Shown one piece after another: positions 22,808 through 36,519 of a stretch of DNA of 64,000 bases. Source of the DNA: Mustelus asterias (lineage: Eukaryota); contig NW_027590141.1 in assembly GCF_964213995.1 (NCBI RefSeq), positions 434,001 to 498,000 on the forward strand, written 5' to 3'. A program made the position numbers and the translations under genes. Numbering within the stretch: position 1 is the stretch's first letter; each line of letters opens with the position of its first letter. The notes beneath the pieces were generated by a model. That model worked only from the letters and a program-made list of their open reading frames with translations, was not told the origin of the DNA and ran no database searches.

Positions 22808-25750
22808 TCATAGAGTCATAGAGGTTTACAGCATGGAAACAGGCCCTTTGGCCCAACTTGTCCATGCCGCCCCTTTTTTAACCCCTAAGTTAGTCCCAAT
22901 TGCCCGCGTTTGGCCCATATCCCTCTATACCCATCTTACCCATGTAATGGTCCAAACACTTTTTAAGATTGAACCCACCTCTACTATTATTGCTAGCACA
23001 AGGGGACATAGCTTTAAATTGAGGGGTGAGAGTTCTTTACTAGAGAGTAGTAAGGGCGTGGAATGCCCTGCCTGCAGCAGTCGTGGACTCGTCAACATTA
23101 AGAGCATTCAAATGGTTATTGGATAAACATATGGATGATATTGGAATAGTGTAGATTAGAGGGGCTTTAGATTGGTTCCACTGGTCGGCACAACATCGAG
23201 GGCCAAAGGGCCTGTACTGCGCTGTAATGTTTTATGTTCTATTACCTCTGGCAGCTTTTTCCAGACACTCATCACCCTCTGTTAGAAAGAAATGCCCCTC
23301 TGGACCCTTTTGTATCTCTCCCCTCTCTTAAACCTATGCTCTCTAGTTTTAGACTCCCCTACCTTTGGGAAAAGATGTTGACTATGTAGCTGATCTATGC
23401 TTCTCATTATTTTATAAACCTCTATAAGGTCATCCCTAAGCCTCCTACACTCCAGGGAAAAATGTCTCAGTCTATCCAGCCTCTCCTTATAACTCAAACC
23501 ATCAAGTCCTGGTAGCATCCTTGTAAATCATTTCTGCACTCTTTCTAGTTTAATAATATCCTTTCTATAATAGGGTGACCAGAACTGTACACAGTATTCC
23601 ACATGTGGTCTTCCCAATGTCTTGTACAACTTCAACAAGACATTCCAACTCCTGTATTCAATGTTCTGACCGATGAAACCAAGCATGCCGAATGCCTTCT
23701 TCACCACTCTGTCCACCTGTGACTCCACTTTCAAGGAGTTATGAACCTGTACCCCTCGATCTCTTTGTTCTTTAACTCTCCCCAACGCCCAACCATTAAC
23801 CTGCCCAGGTTCGATCGACCAAAATGCATCACCTCGCATTTATCTAAATTAAACTCCATCTGCCATTCGTCAGCCCATTGGCCCAATTGATCAAGATCCT
23901 GTTGCAATCCTAGATAACCTTCTTCACTGTCCACTATGCCACCAATCTTGGTGCCATCTGAAAAGTTACGATCCATGCCTCCTACATTGTCATCCAAATC
24001 ATTCTTATAAATGTCAAATAACAGTGGACCCAGCAGCGATCCCTGAGGCACCCCGCTGGTCACAGGCCTCTAGTTTGAAAAAAACCTTCGACAACCACCC
24101 TCTGTCTTCTGTCATCAAGCCAATTTTGTATCCATTTGGCTACCTCACCTGGATCCCATGAGATTTAACCTTATGCAACAACCTACCATGTGGTACCTTG
24201 TCAAAGGTCTTGCTAAAGTCCATGTAGACAACATCAACTGCACTGCCCTCATCTACCTTCTTGGTTACCCCTTCAAAAAACTCAACCAAATTTGTGAGAC
24301 ATGATTTTCCACTCACAAAGCCATGCTGACCGTCCCTAATCAGTCCTTGTGTCTCTAAATGCCTGTAGATCCTGTCTCTCAAAGTACCTTCTGACAACTT
24401 ACCCACTACAGATGTGAGGCTCACCGGCCTGTAGTTCCCAGGCTTTTCCCTGCAGCCCTTTTTAAACAAAGGCACAACATTTGCCACCATCCAATCTTCA
24501 GGCACCTCACCTGTGACTATCGATGATTCAAATATCTCTGCTAGGGGACTCACAATTTCCCCCCCTAGCCTCCCACAGTGTCCTGGGATACACTTCATCA
24601 GGTCCCAGGGATTTATCTACCTTGATGTGCTTTAAGACTTCCAGCACCTCCTTCTCTGTGATAAGTTCATTCCTCAAGACATCACTATTTTTTTCCCCAA
24701 GTTCCTTAACATCCATCCCTTTCTGACCAGTGAATACTGATGAGAAATATTCATTTAGGATCTCACCCATCTCTTGTGGATCCGCACATAGATGACCTTG
24801 TTGATCCTTAAGAGGTCCTACTCTCTCCCTAGTTACTCTTTTGCCCTTTATGTATTTGTAGAACCTCTTTGGATTCTCCTTTGCCTTATCTGCCAAAACA
24901 ATCTCGTGTCTTCTTTTTGCTCTCCTGATTTCTCTCTTAACTCTACTCCTACACCCCCTATACTCTTCAAGGGATACACTTGATCCCAGCTGCCTATGCA
25001 TGTCATGTGCCTCCTTCTTCTTCTTGACCAGAGCCTCAATATCCCAAGTCATTCAAGGTTCCCTACTTCTCCCAGCCTTGCTCTTCACTCTAAGAGGAAT
25101 GTGCTTACCCTGAACCCTGGTTAAAACACTTTTGAAAGCCTCCCACTTACCAGACGTCCCTTTGCCTTCCCACAGTTAACTGTCGAAAGTTCCTGCCTGA
25201 TACCATCAACATTGGCCTTGCCCTAATTTAGAATTTTTACTTTTGGGCCAGACCAATCATTTTCCATAGCTATCTTAAAACTAATGGAATTATGGTCACT
25301 GGTCCCAAAGTGATCCCTCACTAACACTTCTATCACCTGCCCTTCCTTATTTCCCAAGAGGAGATCAAGTTTTGCCCCTCTCTAGTTGGGCCATCCACAT
25401 ACTGAATGAGAAATTCCTACTGAATACACTCAACAAATTTCTCTCCATCCAACCCTCTCATACTATGGCTGTCCCAGTCAATGTTGGAAAGTTAAAATCT
25501 CCGACTATTACCACCCAATTTTTCTTGGAACTATCTGTATTCTCCTTACATATTTGCTCCTCAATTTCCCGCCGACTATTTGGGGGCCTATAGTACAACC
25601 CTATCAAAGTGATTTCCCCCTTCTTATATCGACTCAGTGGGCGAACCCTTGGATATATCCCCTCTCAGTACTGCCGTGATGTTTTCCTGAATCAAAAGTG
25701 CAACTCCCCCTCTTTTCTTTTCTCCTGTTCTGTCTTTCCTCTGGCATCTT
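22808..25750 (-). mobile_element. CR1 LINE, near-complete ORF2 (APE endonuclease + RT), frameshifted
   Basis: VIVGDFNFP and DHFGTSDHN (APE), NYRPVSLTSVVGK, QHGF, DFSKTFDKVPH, GVPQGS; (atagagtc)n tail; nested CR1 3' end about 22990-23240 (+). Confidence 0.93.
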
Positions 25751-27008
25751 GTTTTTAAATTGTTTTTAAATCGCCCGGAAACTCGTGTCTATTTTAGTTT
25801 CTAATTGTGGATTTATTGGAGCCAATTAAATGTGGAAATTTTAAGCGTAGCCTGGAAGAATTTGGAATAACTGAGAATTTTATTGTGTTGTCACCTCAAC
25901 CCAAGATAAAGAACAAAGAGTTTGCAAATGGTAACGTTTGGGATTTTAAATCAACAAAGACGAGATGTTGCCTGTAAAGTCAGGCTTTGGAAGTTGGCTT
26001 AAAAAAGGTTAAGTTATAATGAAGGATCTTGTATCTTATTTTAATCAAGGAGTTGTGAGCTTGTAGTGCTCTGTCACTTTAAGAAGCTATAGCTGCGAGA
26101 GAGAATGCTGAGGATTCATTGTTTGAAATTTACGAGCTGTGAGAATCTGTGTGTTTTGTTTGTTTTATGTGGATGTTTGTCGATGTGTTTTATCATTGTT
26201 TTGGGCTACATTTGTTAAGGTTTATCTTTCTGGGGAATTAACCTTACCATGAGTCTTTAATTAAAGGCATTTTTGGAAGTTTAAAAACAGAATTACAAGA
26301 ATGCTTAAGTAATTAATTTTGGTTATTGTTGTTGTAAAGCACATGCTAAGTTTCTCTGTTTGTGTGTGGATGATATTTGTGGATTGAACGCTTCAGGCTT
26401 TGAGTTTTTCTGTCTGTGATTTAAATCAAACATTTAAAAAAGGAAGTGTAATTCATAAAATGTTTTTTTTCAAAAGTTATGAACTTGGAGCCATATTTAC
26501 TGGACAGACATCTTTCCAGGATATTTCTCTAAACATGCAGGAATTTTAATCCGGATAAAACTCACATGTGAGAATGAGAGTTTTAATTTGTAATGGTTAT
26601 TTAAAATTTGGTACATATGAAACGACTCTGACCAATCCTGTGTTGGATTGATCTTGGGTTAAACTTCCTGTCAGGTCCAAAGATTTATTCCTGACACAAT
26701 TAACACAATGAAAAGGAAAATTCTGGAATTGGATACTGAAGAACAGAGTTTAAAAAGAGAGATTATTAAATAGAAATGTTCCCAGACCATGTGGTCATTA
26801 GATTAAAACAAAGGAAGGTTGCTGACATCCATTTGAGAACTTTTAATCCACCCCTTTTCAAACTGAGTCTATGTACAAAGAAAACGCCAAGGATGGTAGA
26901 TAAGGGGGTCTGGAAAACATCATGATGGGGGCACCTATCTGTTCATGAGATGCTCACAAAGCCCCATGATGCCCAGATACTAATTTAATTGCACCTGTAT
27001 ATAATGTA

Positions 27009-27213
27009 TGTAATCTATCACCATTCTGATTGGATTGTGTCCAGCCGGGATGGGCTGAGTAACTGGATAAGAATTGATGATTTTTTTTGTTGGGTGGAGT
27101 TGCACATGGTCAGCCCCTGTGGCTTCTCCCCACTGGCCTAACTCAATAAACTGTTTGTCGATTGAATCAGGTTTGAGTGTTGAATGATTCTTCTGAGTTC
27201 ATTCCCCCCCAAC
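27009..27213 (+). mobile_element. Possible LTR (TG..AATAAA..CA)
   Basis: tgtaatct..ctcaataaactg..ccaaca directly before an integrase fragment. Confidence 0.35.
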
Positions 27214-27219
27214 ACACTG

Positions 27220-27365
27220 GGTACATTACCACTTCATCCTCGGGAGTGGCCTGATAGGCCATGGTCCAGACTACATGTGGCCCTTGGGGGGCCTTTCATG
27301 AATCACATGTTTTTGCTTGTTGTAGATGCACATTCAAAATGCTTGGAAGCACAGATCATGAGTAA
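27220..27365 (+). mobile_element. Ty3/Gypsy integrase fragment
   Basis: PLHPREWPDRPWSRLHVALGGPFMNHMFLLVVDAHSKCLE; the first catalytic Asp is lost. Confidence 0.8.
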
Positions 27366-28034
27366 TATTACAGGGCAATTAGGACTAGCTTAGTGGTAAA
27401 AACTGTGCGGCATGGACAAGTTGGGCCGAAGGGCCTGTTTCCATGCTGTAAACCTCTATGACTCTAACTACCTTTTTTGTGGCCTGAAGTTCCCACAATT
27501 GGAAAGCAGCCAGATTAGTTAAATAGACAGCCTTAATTGTGAGACAATTAAATAATAAATGATTCATTGATACATATGTTATAAAGGCTGGAAATATAAA
27601 TTTGAACACAAGTTTATAACTTTTAGAATTATAAACACATTAAGAATGGTTAAAATGCTGTGGGAATTATCAGATGTTCCCTTCCCATGCTGACAGAATA
27701 AAAAAAGATGAAAGGACTTGTTAACCTTGACTGGAGGGAATGAATCGGCTCCTGTTCAAGATGTCTCAACATCGAATGACTGATGTGAACCAATTATCGG
27801 TCGACCCAATTATCAGGCTACCCCAAGCTAAGAGATATTGTTTGAGAGAAAGATATGTCTTAAAATTAAGACAATGTGTGCAATTAGCTAAAAACCAAAT
27901 CAATTTCATTATTGACAAGTTATGGCTAATTCCTAACAATTGGCTGAGCTGGGCTTTCTACATTTTTAAAGTATAAAAAAGGGATTCGAGAAACCAATTT
28001 GGTAAAAGTTTTTTAAAGTTAACTTTTTTTATAG

Positions 28035-28315
28035 TTTGTTTATTAGTGTCACACATAGACTTACATTAACATTGCAATGAAGTTACTCTGAAAATCCCCC
28101 AGTCGCCACACTCTGGCGCCTGTTTGGGTAAACTGAGGGAGAATTTAGCATAGCCAATGTACCCAACCAGCACGTCTTTCAGACTGTGGGAGGAAACCGG
28201 AGCACCCGGAGGAAACCTGCACAGACACGGGGAGAATGGGCGAACTCCGCACAGCCAGTGACCCAAGCCGGGACTCGAACCCTCTGCTGTGAGGCAGCAG
28301 TGCCTCACAATGTGC
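28035..28315 (-). mobile_element. HE1-like V-SINE with alternative tail
   Basis: V core followed by caggcgccagagtgtggcgact..taataaac tail. Confidence 0.8.
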
Positions 28316-29153
28316 CCTGCAAAGAGACGTTGAGAGCTGTTAGTTTTACAAGTTATCCACGTTTTCAGAGCCATCACTTCATGTCCTGGTTTGAGAAGGA
28401 TGGAGAAGTTAAAGTTCAGCTTTCCTCCTTTTGCTGTAGATCCATACTTTGCTTTTTTATCTTTCTGACTTGTTACATTTTTAATGGTTCATAAACTTTC
28501 TGAATTCACCGTTTAAAATATCCTTTCTTGCCATATGGTTAAGTCACTGGAACCTGGTGTGATTTACGATGAGGGAAGTTATTGTAAACAAGAGAACCCC
28601 CATAAATCTTAGTTCAAACAAATAAAAGTTCTAATAAATGGAATGTTATCCTTTATTCTGAGAGAAATTGAACATAGAAGTAAAGATGTTATGCTCCAGT
28701 TGTGCAGGGCGTTGCTGAGATTGCACCTTGAACACAGGGTACAATTTTGTCTCCTATTAAACAAAGGACATAAATGCATTGGAAGCAGTTCAGAGGAGGT
28801 TCACAAGATTGATTCCCAATCCAGTAATGTGAAACATTAACACTGTTTCTCTCTCCACAGATGCTGCAAGACGTGTTGTGTTTTTCCAGTTCTTTCTGTA
28901 TTTATTTTAGATCTACCTGTAGTGGTAGGAAAAACACTATTTACTATTCAGGATAAAATAAATGTCCTTTCAGTGGAAATGTGTTCTCCCAGGCTCAAAG
29001 AGCATCAGAGAACGAGAAGCAAAGTCGTGAGACCGGCCAGTCCAGCAGAAAGAAACCCTCCGACCCTCCCACTTCACCAACTGTCAGAATGAACATGATT
29101 CAGTCCTGGATGTGATTAACAGCAGCAAGAACAGCAGAATCCAACCCCTGTCA

Positions 29154-29507
<354 letters not shown>

Positions 29508-29724
29508 TGTGATCACACGGGTTGGATCCTGCTGTTATTGTTTCTGCTCTCAATTACATCCAGGATTACATTTTGTTCATTCTCACAGTTAGTCAATGAG
29601 GAGGGTCGGAGGGTTTCTTTCTGCTGGACTGGCCGGTCTCATGACTTTGCCTCCAGTGGGCTGATGCTCTTTGAGTCTTGTTGCGAATACCTGGTTTCAG
29701 ATTTCACACGGATCACAGAGTGAC
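29508..29724 (+). repeat. Orphan copy of the ZNF-C-type 3' UTR
   Basis: Close match to 21360-21576. Confidence 0.85.
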
Positions 29725-29759
29725 GGTGTGAGGAAGTTCAGAGATATTTAGTCAGCATT

Positions 29760-30070
29760 TTTGTCCAAAACCCCCCAAATGCCCATCCAATTTCCTTTGT
29801 AATTGTTTATTTTCTCCACTTCCTCCACCCTCGGAGGCAGCGAGTTCCAGGTCATTACCATTCACTGCATCAAAATATTCTTTCTCACATTCCCCCCCCC
29901 GCCCCGCATCCCTGACCCAAAACCTTAAATCTGTGATCCCCTCATCCTTGTCCAATCAGCTAATGGGAACAGCTTTTCTTTGTCCACCTTATCTAAACCT
30001 GTCAGAATCTTGTCCACCTCTATCAAATCTCCCCTCAACCTCCTTTGCTCCAAGGGGAACAATCCCAGCC
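29760..30070 (-). mobile_element. CR1 3' fragment
   Basis: Reverse strand resembles LEQRRLRGDLIEV and CR1 3' region. Confidence 0.6.
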
Positions 30071-32214
30071 TGACATCGACAATAAAGAACAAACTAACAG
30101 AATATGTTAATACCTGAAATCAAATGGGATTGTTTAATTTCTGTTTTAAAGATATTGTGAATATATTGTCCTGGACAATAAAGAAATTGGAATAACTCAC
30201 CTTGGGTGTGGTTGAATAAAATATATCAATCTGGTATCCACCTACAGTCTCGTGAAAGGCTGGAATGTGTAGCTGGGATGAATAAATTGATCACTTTCTC
30301 TGGGAGATATTTACATCTTTGTTCATGAACTTTGTTTTAAAGAAATCTACATTTGAAAGCCTGGTCACTGCATGAAACATCAGCACCATAACGGGGGGAG
30401 ATAAGAAAGACAGACACTCACTTTGATCTTTTCATCCGCGCATCTGAGAGTTAAGAATGTGTGACATGATTTTGGGATACCGGAGTGAGTGTGCAGATGT
30501 GATTTGTTACATGTGAAAAATAGCAAGCCTAAATTCATGGTGAGATGGAGTGAAGTGCGGGTCCCAAACACACACAGCTACTTGAGACACAGCAGGAGAT
30601 GAAATGGTTAATGTGGCCAGGGGATTGAGACAACATTGTGACATCATCAAGGCACTGACACTCCAGAGAGAAACTGAGTTCAAAACAATCAGGGTCCAAT
30701 TAAACACAATACACATGGACAGAAAGTGAGTGAAATTAAAGTAAAATGAATATTATAGATTGGGACAATTAACCGCTTGGGAGAAATAATACTGAATAAG
30801 AACTGTCCACAATTTGGATACGGGTAAAGAGAGAGCTAGAGAATCTTTTACATCCATGCTTGATCTGTTGCTTGAAGCATCTGTCCTTATGTACGAGTAA
30901 CCTAAAACTCACGGTGCTCCTTCAGGAGAGGACAAGATCGAGTCGATGTTACCCCAGGTGGGACCAGAAGAGAACTGGAAAATAACAGTGAAATTGAGTG
31001 AGGATCAGAGAGAGAGTTCTCCTCCCCCTTCAAGGTATGGACTGTAAGAATCCTGGGGGACCCCCAACTTTGGGTTTTCTTGCGAATTAGTGAACATTAA
31101 ATTAAATTCTATGACTGGCTGTGCATTCAGTTTGAATTTGATTGTTACACTTCTCCTGTTTTTATTCCTGTTGTGATTACGCTCGGGGTAAGGATGGTTG
31201 ACAGGTGACAGGATGGGAAATTGTGGTTTGGGTCATTGACCAAATGTTTACTGATCCGAAAGGTGTAAAAGGGGCCAAACTTCAGCAGAAATCCAGCAGA
31301 GCTGAGAACAGACAACTTGCTGTGTGGGAACAGGGAGATAAACAGCTCCCAGAGGACAGAGAAAACAGGAGGGCCTTGAGTCCTAGATGACACCTGGGTG
31401 TGAAGGCCACCATGTTTTCACTGCTTGGCATGGGAATGCTGACTCCCTGTACCAGTGGGAAGACAATTGTTTGAGAGTTTGACATGGCTTGTGCAAGTAC
31501 AGATGGTTCAATGACGGGTTTTGTAATTGGTCCGTTCAAATGTTAGCTTTGCAATGATTGGGTTAAATCAGTCTCCATAGACTTTGTGATGTAAAAAAGT
31601 ATAAGAAGGGATTCCCCGAGAACAGAGATTTGTTGAGGTTTTACATATTGCATTGACTGGTGCCATGGCATCTGGGGCAGAGCAGGGAGCATTTCCGTGG
31701 AGATGCTGCTTCTACCCAGAGTGTAATGGTAATGCTGCTGCACTTTGATACGACTGCTCAGATATTAGACTGTGTCAGCTCTTATTGATACTGAATAAAA
31801 TCTAACCACTGTCACCAATAAGGGTTATCACCGTGAATCATTTCAGAGTTTGGGAAAAGGGGAGAAAGGGTTAATTGATTCCCTGAACCCCATTTTCTAA
31901 CATCGCTGTGTCAAAAATAAAATCTCATCTCCCCCTCTGGCTCCTTTGCCAATTACCTTAGAGGGACTCACTTTCTGTTAAAGAGCCTGCCAACCCCTCT
32001 CACCCACTTTCCCTAAAGTGCATCAATCTCATCAGGAAAAGTCCAGAACAATCAAATATTTTTACTGATGAAAGTTTATCAATGAAACAGAACATGGTTA
32101 AAACAAACAGAAAGTGACTTGAGGATCAAAGACAACCAGAGTAAAAGGATGTTCACAATGTTCTGGACCCAAATGGTTTCTCTTTAATTCATCTGTAGCC
32201 TGTTCCCTGCCCTC

Positions 32215-32840
32215 TTTGTGGAACACCTCCGCTCAGTCCACAAGCATGACCCTGACCTTCCGCTTGCCATTAGAATTCACCACCTTGCTCTCACGCTCAC
32301 ATTTCTGTCCTCGGACTGCTGCAATGTTCCGGAGAAGCCCAACACAAGCTGGACAAACAGCCCCTCATCTTCCGATGAGGCACTTTACAGCCTTCTGGAC
32401 TCAACATTGAGTTCAACAACTTCACACCCTGAACTCTCTCCTACATTTTAATTTGTTTTTATTTGCTGAGTGCCAGTCTGTGTCTTGTTTTAATGTTTTT
32501 TTGCTTCCAGACAGAGCTGTCCTTTATTCTGCCATTGACACTTACTCTGGACCAATGATTTGTTTCTTTACCACAACCATTACCTCTCCCTTTGCCTTTT
32601 GTTCCGGGATATTTTTGTCATTTAATCTTCACCCACCCTCTAACCAATCCCTGACTTTCCCTTTTGTTCTACCTGCCCCTCCCCCCTTTCTCAGCAGCAT
32701 CAAACCCATCACATTTCTCCCTCTCTTTAGTTCTGAAGTAGAGTTACATTGGATATGAAACATTAACTCTGTTTCTCTCTCCACAGATGCTGCCAGAGCT
32801 GCTGTGTTTTTCCAGTTCTTTCTGTATTTATTTTTGATCT
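32215..32840 (+). mobile_element. Second Penelope family 3' end (GIY-YIG tail, 3' UTR, degenerate hammerhead near 32729-32768)
   Basis: EHLRSVHKHDPDLP; similar to 41920-42925. Confidence 0.65.
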
Positions 32841-33102
32841 ACCTGTAGTGGAGGGAATAGACTATTTACTATCCAGGATAAAATAAATGGCCTTCATCAG
32901 TTTTTGTGGATCATTTCAATGGAAATGTGCTCTCACAGGCTCAAAGAGCATCAGCCCACTGGAAGCAAAGTCATGAGAGCGGCCAGTCCAGCAGAAAGAA
33001 ACCCTCTAAACCTCCCCAGTGACCAACTTTGAGAATGAATAAATTGCAGCCCGAGATATAATTGAGAGCAGAAACAATAACAGCAGAATCCAACTCCTGG
33101 AA

Positions 33103-34113
33103 TCACTTGTGAACTCGCTGGTGTCTCTGCAGGGAGGATGAAACAGTGAATCTCTTTCCACAGACAGAGCAGATGAATGGTCTCTCCCCAGTGTGAACTC
33201 GCTGATGTCTTTGCAGGTTGGATGCTGTTCTAAATCTCTTTGTGCAGTGAGAGCAGCTGAACGGTCTCTCCTCAGTGTGAATGCGCTGGTGGATCATCAG
33301 TTCCTGAGAGCTTTTGAAGTCGCTCCCACACTCAGAGCATTTAAAGGGTCTCTCCTGGGTGTGAGTGACTGTGTGCGTCGACAGGGCAGATGACTGAGTG
33401 AATCCCTTCCCGCACACAGAGCAGGTAAATGGTTTCTTCCCAGTGTGAACTCGCTGGTGAACCTGCAAGTGTGATGATGTTCTAAACCTTTTTGTGCAGT
33501 GAGAGCAGCTGAACGGTCTCTCCCCGGTGTGAATGCGCTTGTGGACCCTCAGATCTGAAGCATGTTTGAAGGCACTCCCACACTCAGAGCATTTAAAGTG
33601 TCTCTCATTTGTGTGAGTGACTTTGTGACTTAGCAAGTGTGATAACTGAGTGAACACCATCCCACACACACAGCAGGTAAATGGCTTCTCTCCGGTGTGA
33701 ACTCGCTGGTGTGTCCGCAGGTTGGATGACGTTCTAAATCTCTTTGTGCAGTGAGAGCAGCTGAACGGTCTCTCCTCAGTGTGAATGCGCTGGTGGGACA
33801 CCAGTTCTCCAGAGCTTTTGAAACTACTCCCACAGTCAGAGCATTTAAAGGGTCTCTCATTGGTGTGAGTGAAATTGTGACTCAGCAGGTGGGATAACTG
33901 AGTGAATCCTTTCCCACAGTCAGAACAGGTAAATAGTCTCTCCCCCGTGTGAACTCGCTGGTGTCTCTGCAGATTAGGTAAGTCAGTGAATCCCTTCCCA
34001 CACACAGAGCAGGTGAACGGTTTCTCTCCAGTGTGACTGCGTCGATGAACTTCCAACCGAGATGGGACCGTGAATCCCTTCCCACAGTCCCCACATTTCC
34101 ACGGTTTCTCCAT
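33103..34113 (-). CDS. C2H2 zinc-finger protein, 12 fingers (ZNF-D)
   Basis: gcaccATGG start at 34113; open frame; acceptor ttttacag|G at 34472. Confidence 0.9.
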   Translation of the reverse strand: MEKPWKCGDCGKGFTVPSRLEVHRRSHTGEKPFTCSVCGKGFTDLPNLQRHQRVHTGERLFTCSDCGKGFTQLSHLLSHNFTHTNERPFKCSDCGSSFKSSGELVSHQRIHTEERPFSCSHCTKRFRTSSNLRTHQRVHTGEKPFTCCVCGMVFTQLSHLLSHKVTHTNERHFKCSECGSAFKHASDLRVHKRIHTGERPFSCSHCTKRFRTSSHLQVHQRVHTGKKPFTCSVCGKGFTQSSALSTHTVTHTQERPFKCSECGSDFKSSQELMIHQRIHTEERPFSCSHCTKRFRTASNLQRHQRVHTGERPFICSVCGKRFTVSSSLQRHQRVHK

Positions 34114-34779
34114 GGTGCAGGTGTCCTTGTGACTCTCCAGGTTAAACAATCAGTTAAATCTCTCACAGAACCCGGGTATAGTCTCTCCCCGCTGTGAATG
34201 CTGCGATGTATTTTCAGGCTGTGTAACTGGTTCAAGCTCTTTCCACACTCAGTGCACTGGAACACTCTCACTCTGGTGTGTGTGTGCCTTGGTGCTTTTT
34301 CAGTTGCACTGATGCTTAAAATCTCTTGAAACAGACAGCTGAGAGAAACATTTCTCCCTCTGGATTTAAAGGCCGATGATATTCAGGTCCCAATGAATTG
34401 AGTGACTCTGTCAGACGTTGATGGGACGTTTGGTTTGCGATTTCTGTCTGTAAATCCTCACCATCTGATATCCTGTAAAAAGAATTTACAAAAGTCATCA
34501 GTCAGTACAGGATAGAAATTCAGAACAGACAGTTCTAGTTTCTATGAAACATTCTTTCCTCTCTCATTCCCCAAAAGCTGTAAATCTCCATCCCACACAC
34601 TCTCCCTCCATTCTCGCTCTGCTGTATCTAATATTCACCCTCCCAATTCTCCTGAAGGTGCTGATTGAGGCTGATTGACAGATCCATGCTCACTGCTTCC
34701 TGCCCTGGACACAGAGAGCTGGAAATCTCCATGCAGGCGGCCAGACAGATATATGTCTATCTGACTGGACTAACAATGT

Positions 34780-36510
34780 GTGGAATAGACAGACTGGACT
34801 CACTTCCTTCCCTTCAGCGGCTAAGGGCGGCCAAGTCGCCAGGACCCAATGAACTGCACACGAGGCTGAAGAGATAGTGGACACTTTGGTTAAAATATTT
34901 TGTAACTCGCTAAATTCCAGGAGGATATTAGAAGATTGGAAAACAGCCAATGTGACTCCTTTGTTCAAAAAGGGAGAAAGGCAGAAGGCAGTGAACTATA
35001 GACCTGTTTACAGAATCATACAATCTACAGGAGGCCGCCATTTGGCCCATCGAGCCTGCACCAACAACAATCCCAGCCAGGTCCTATCCCTGCAACCCCA
35101 TGTATTTACCCTCCTAATCTGCCGACACTAAGGGGCAATTCACCATGGCCAATCAACCTAACCCTCACTTCTTTGGAATGAGGTAGGAAATCGGAGCACG
35201 CAGAGGAAACCCACGCAAGCACGGGGAGAACGTGTAAACTCCACAAGTCCTTGGCACTATGGGGCAGCAGTGCCAACCACTGTGCCACCAAGCCGCCCCG
35301 TGCTGCCCCAGTGAATTTAACACCTAGTCAACGTGGTTTTATGAAAGATAAATCATGCTTGACAAATTTGTTCAAATTCTTTGAGGATGCAAGGGGTCGT
35401 ATAGATCGAGAGTAATCTGTAGATGTAGTGTATTTACATAGGGTGGCACAGTGGTTAGCACTGCTGCTGCATAGCGCCAGGGACAAGGGTTCAATTCCAG
35501 CCTTGGGTGACCGTCTGTGTGGAGTCTGCACATTCTCCCCATGTCTGTGTGGGTTTCCTCCGAGTGCTCCAGTTTCTTCCCATCGTCCAAAGATGTGCAG
35601 GTTAGGTTGATTGGCCATGCTGAATTATCCCTTTGTGTCCCAATAGATTTAGATTAGGGGGACTAGTGGGGAAAAAATGTGGGCTTATGGGATGGGGCCT
35701 GGGAAAGATGTTCAAGCTGCTCGATGGGCCAAATGACCCCCTTCTGCACTCTAGGGATTCTATGATTTCCAAAAGGCATTTGTCAAGGTGCCACATAAGA
35801 GGCTGGCGCATAAAGTAAAGGCCCATGGAATTGATGGAAGTGGGTTAGCATGGATTGAAAACTGGCCGTCACACAGAAAACAGAGAGTTGGAATAAATGG
35901 GTCATTTTCAGAGTGGAAAGATGTAACTAGTGGAGTACCACAGGGATCAGTTCTTGGCCTGCAATTCATGATTCAATTAATGACCTGGAGAAGGAACAGA
36001 ATGTAAGGTTTCCAAATGATATGAATATAGGTGGAAGGACATGTTGTGATGAGGATATTTTGATTCTGCAGTGGGATATAGATAGATTGGGTGACGAAAA
36101 CCTGGCAAATGGAGTTTAATGTGGGGAAATGTGAGGTCATGTATTTCAGTCGGAAGAATCAAAAGGGAGATTATCTAAATGGAGAGGCACTGCAGGTGAT
36201 TGAAGTACAGAGGGATCGAGGTGTTTTGCACATGAATCACAAAAAGCTAGCAGACAGGTCCCACAATAGGCAAGAAGGAAAATGGAATTTTGACCTTTAT
36301 CGCAAAGGGGTTGGAGTTTAAAAACAGGGAGGTTTTGTGGCAACTGCACAGGGTGTTGGTGAGGTCTCACCTGGAATAATGAACACAGTTTTGATCCCCT
36401 TATTTAAACAAGGATATAGTAAGATTGGAGGTTCACCAGGTTAATTCCTGGGATGAGAGGGTTGTCCGATCAAGAGAGAATAAATTGTCTAGGTCTGTAT
36501 TCCTTGAAGC
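34780..36510 (+). mobile_element. Degraded CR1 RT interrupted by two HE1-type SINEs (35010-35305 -, 35441-35765 +)
   Basis: EDWKTANVTPLFKKG..NYRP; WIENW..RKQRVGING; SGVPQGSVLG. Confidence 0.85.
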
Positions 36511-36519
36511 TTGAAAGAT

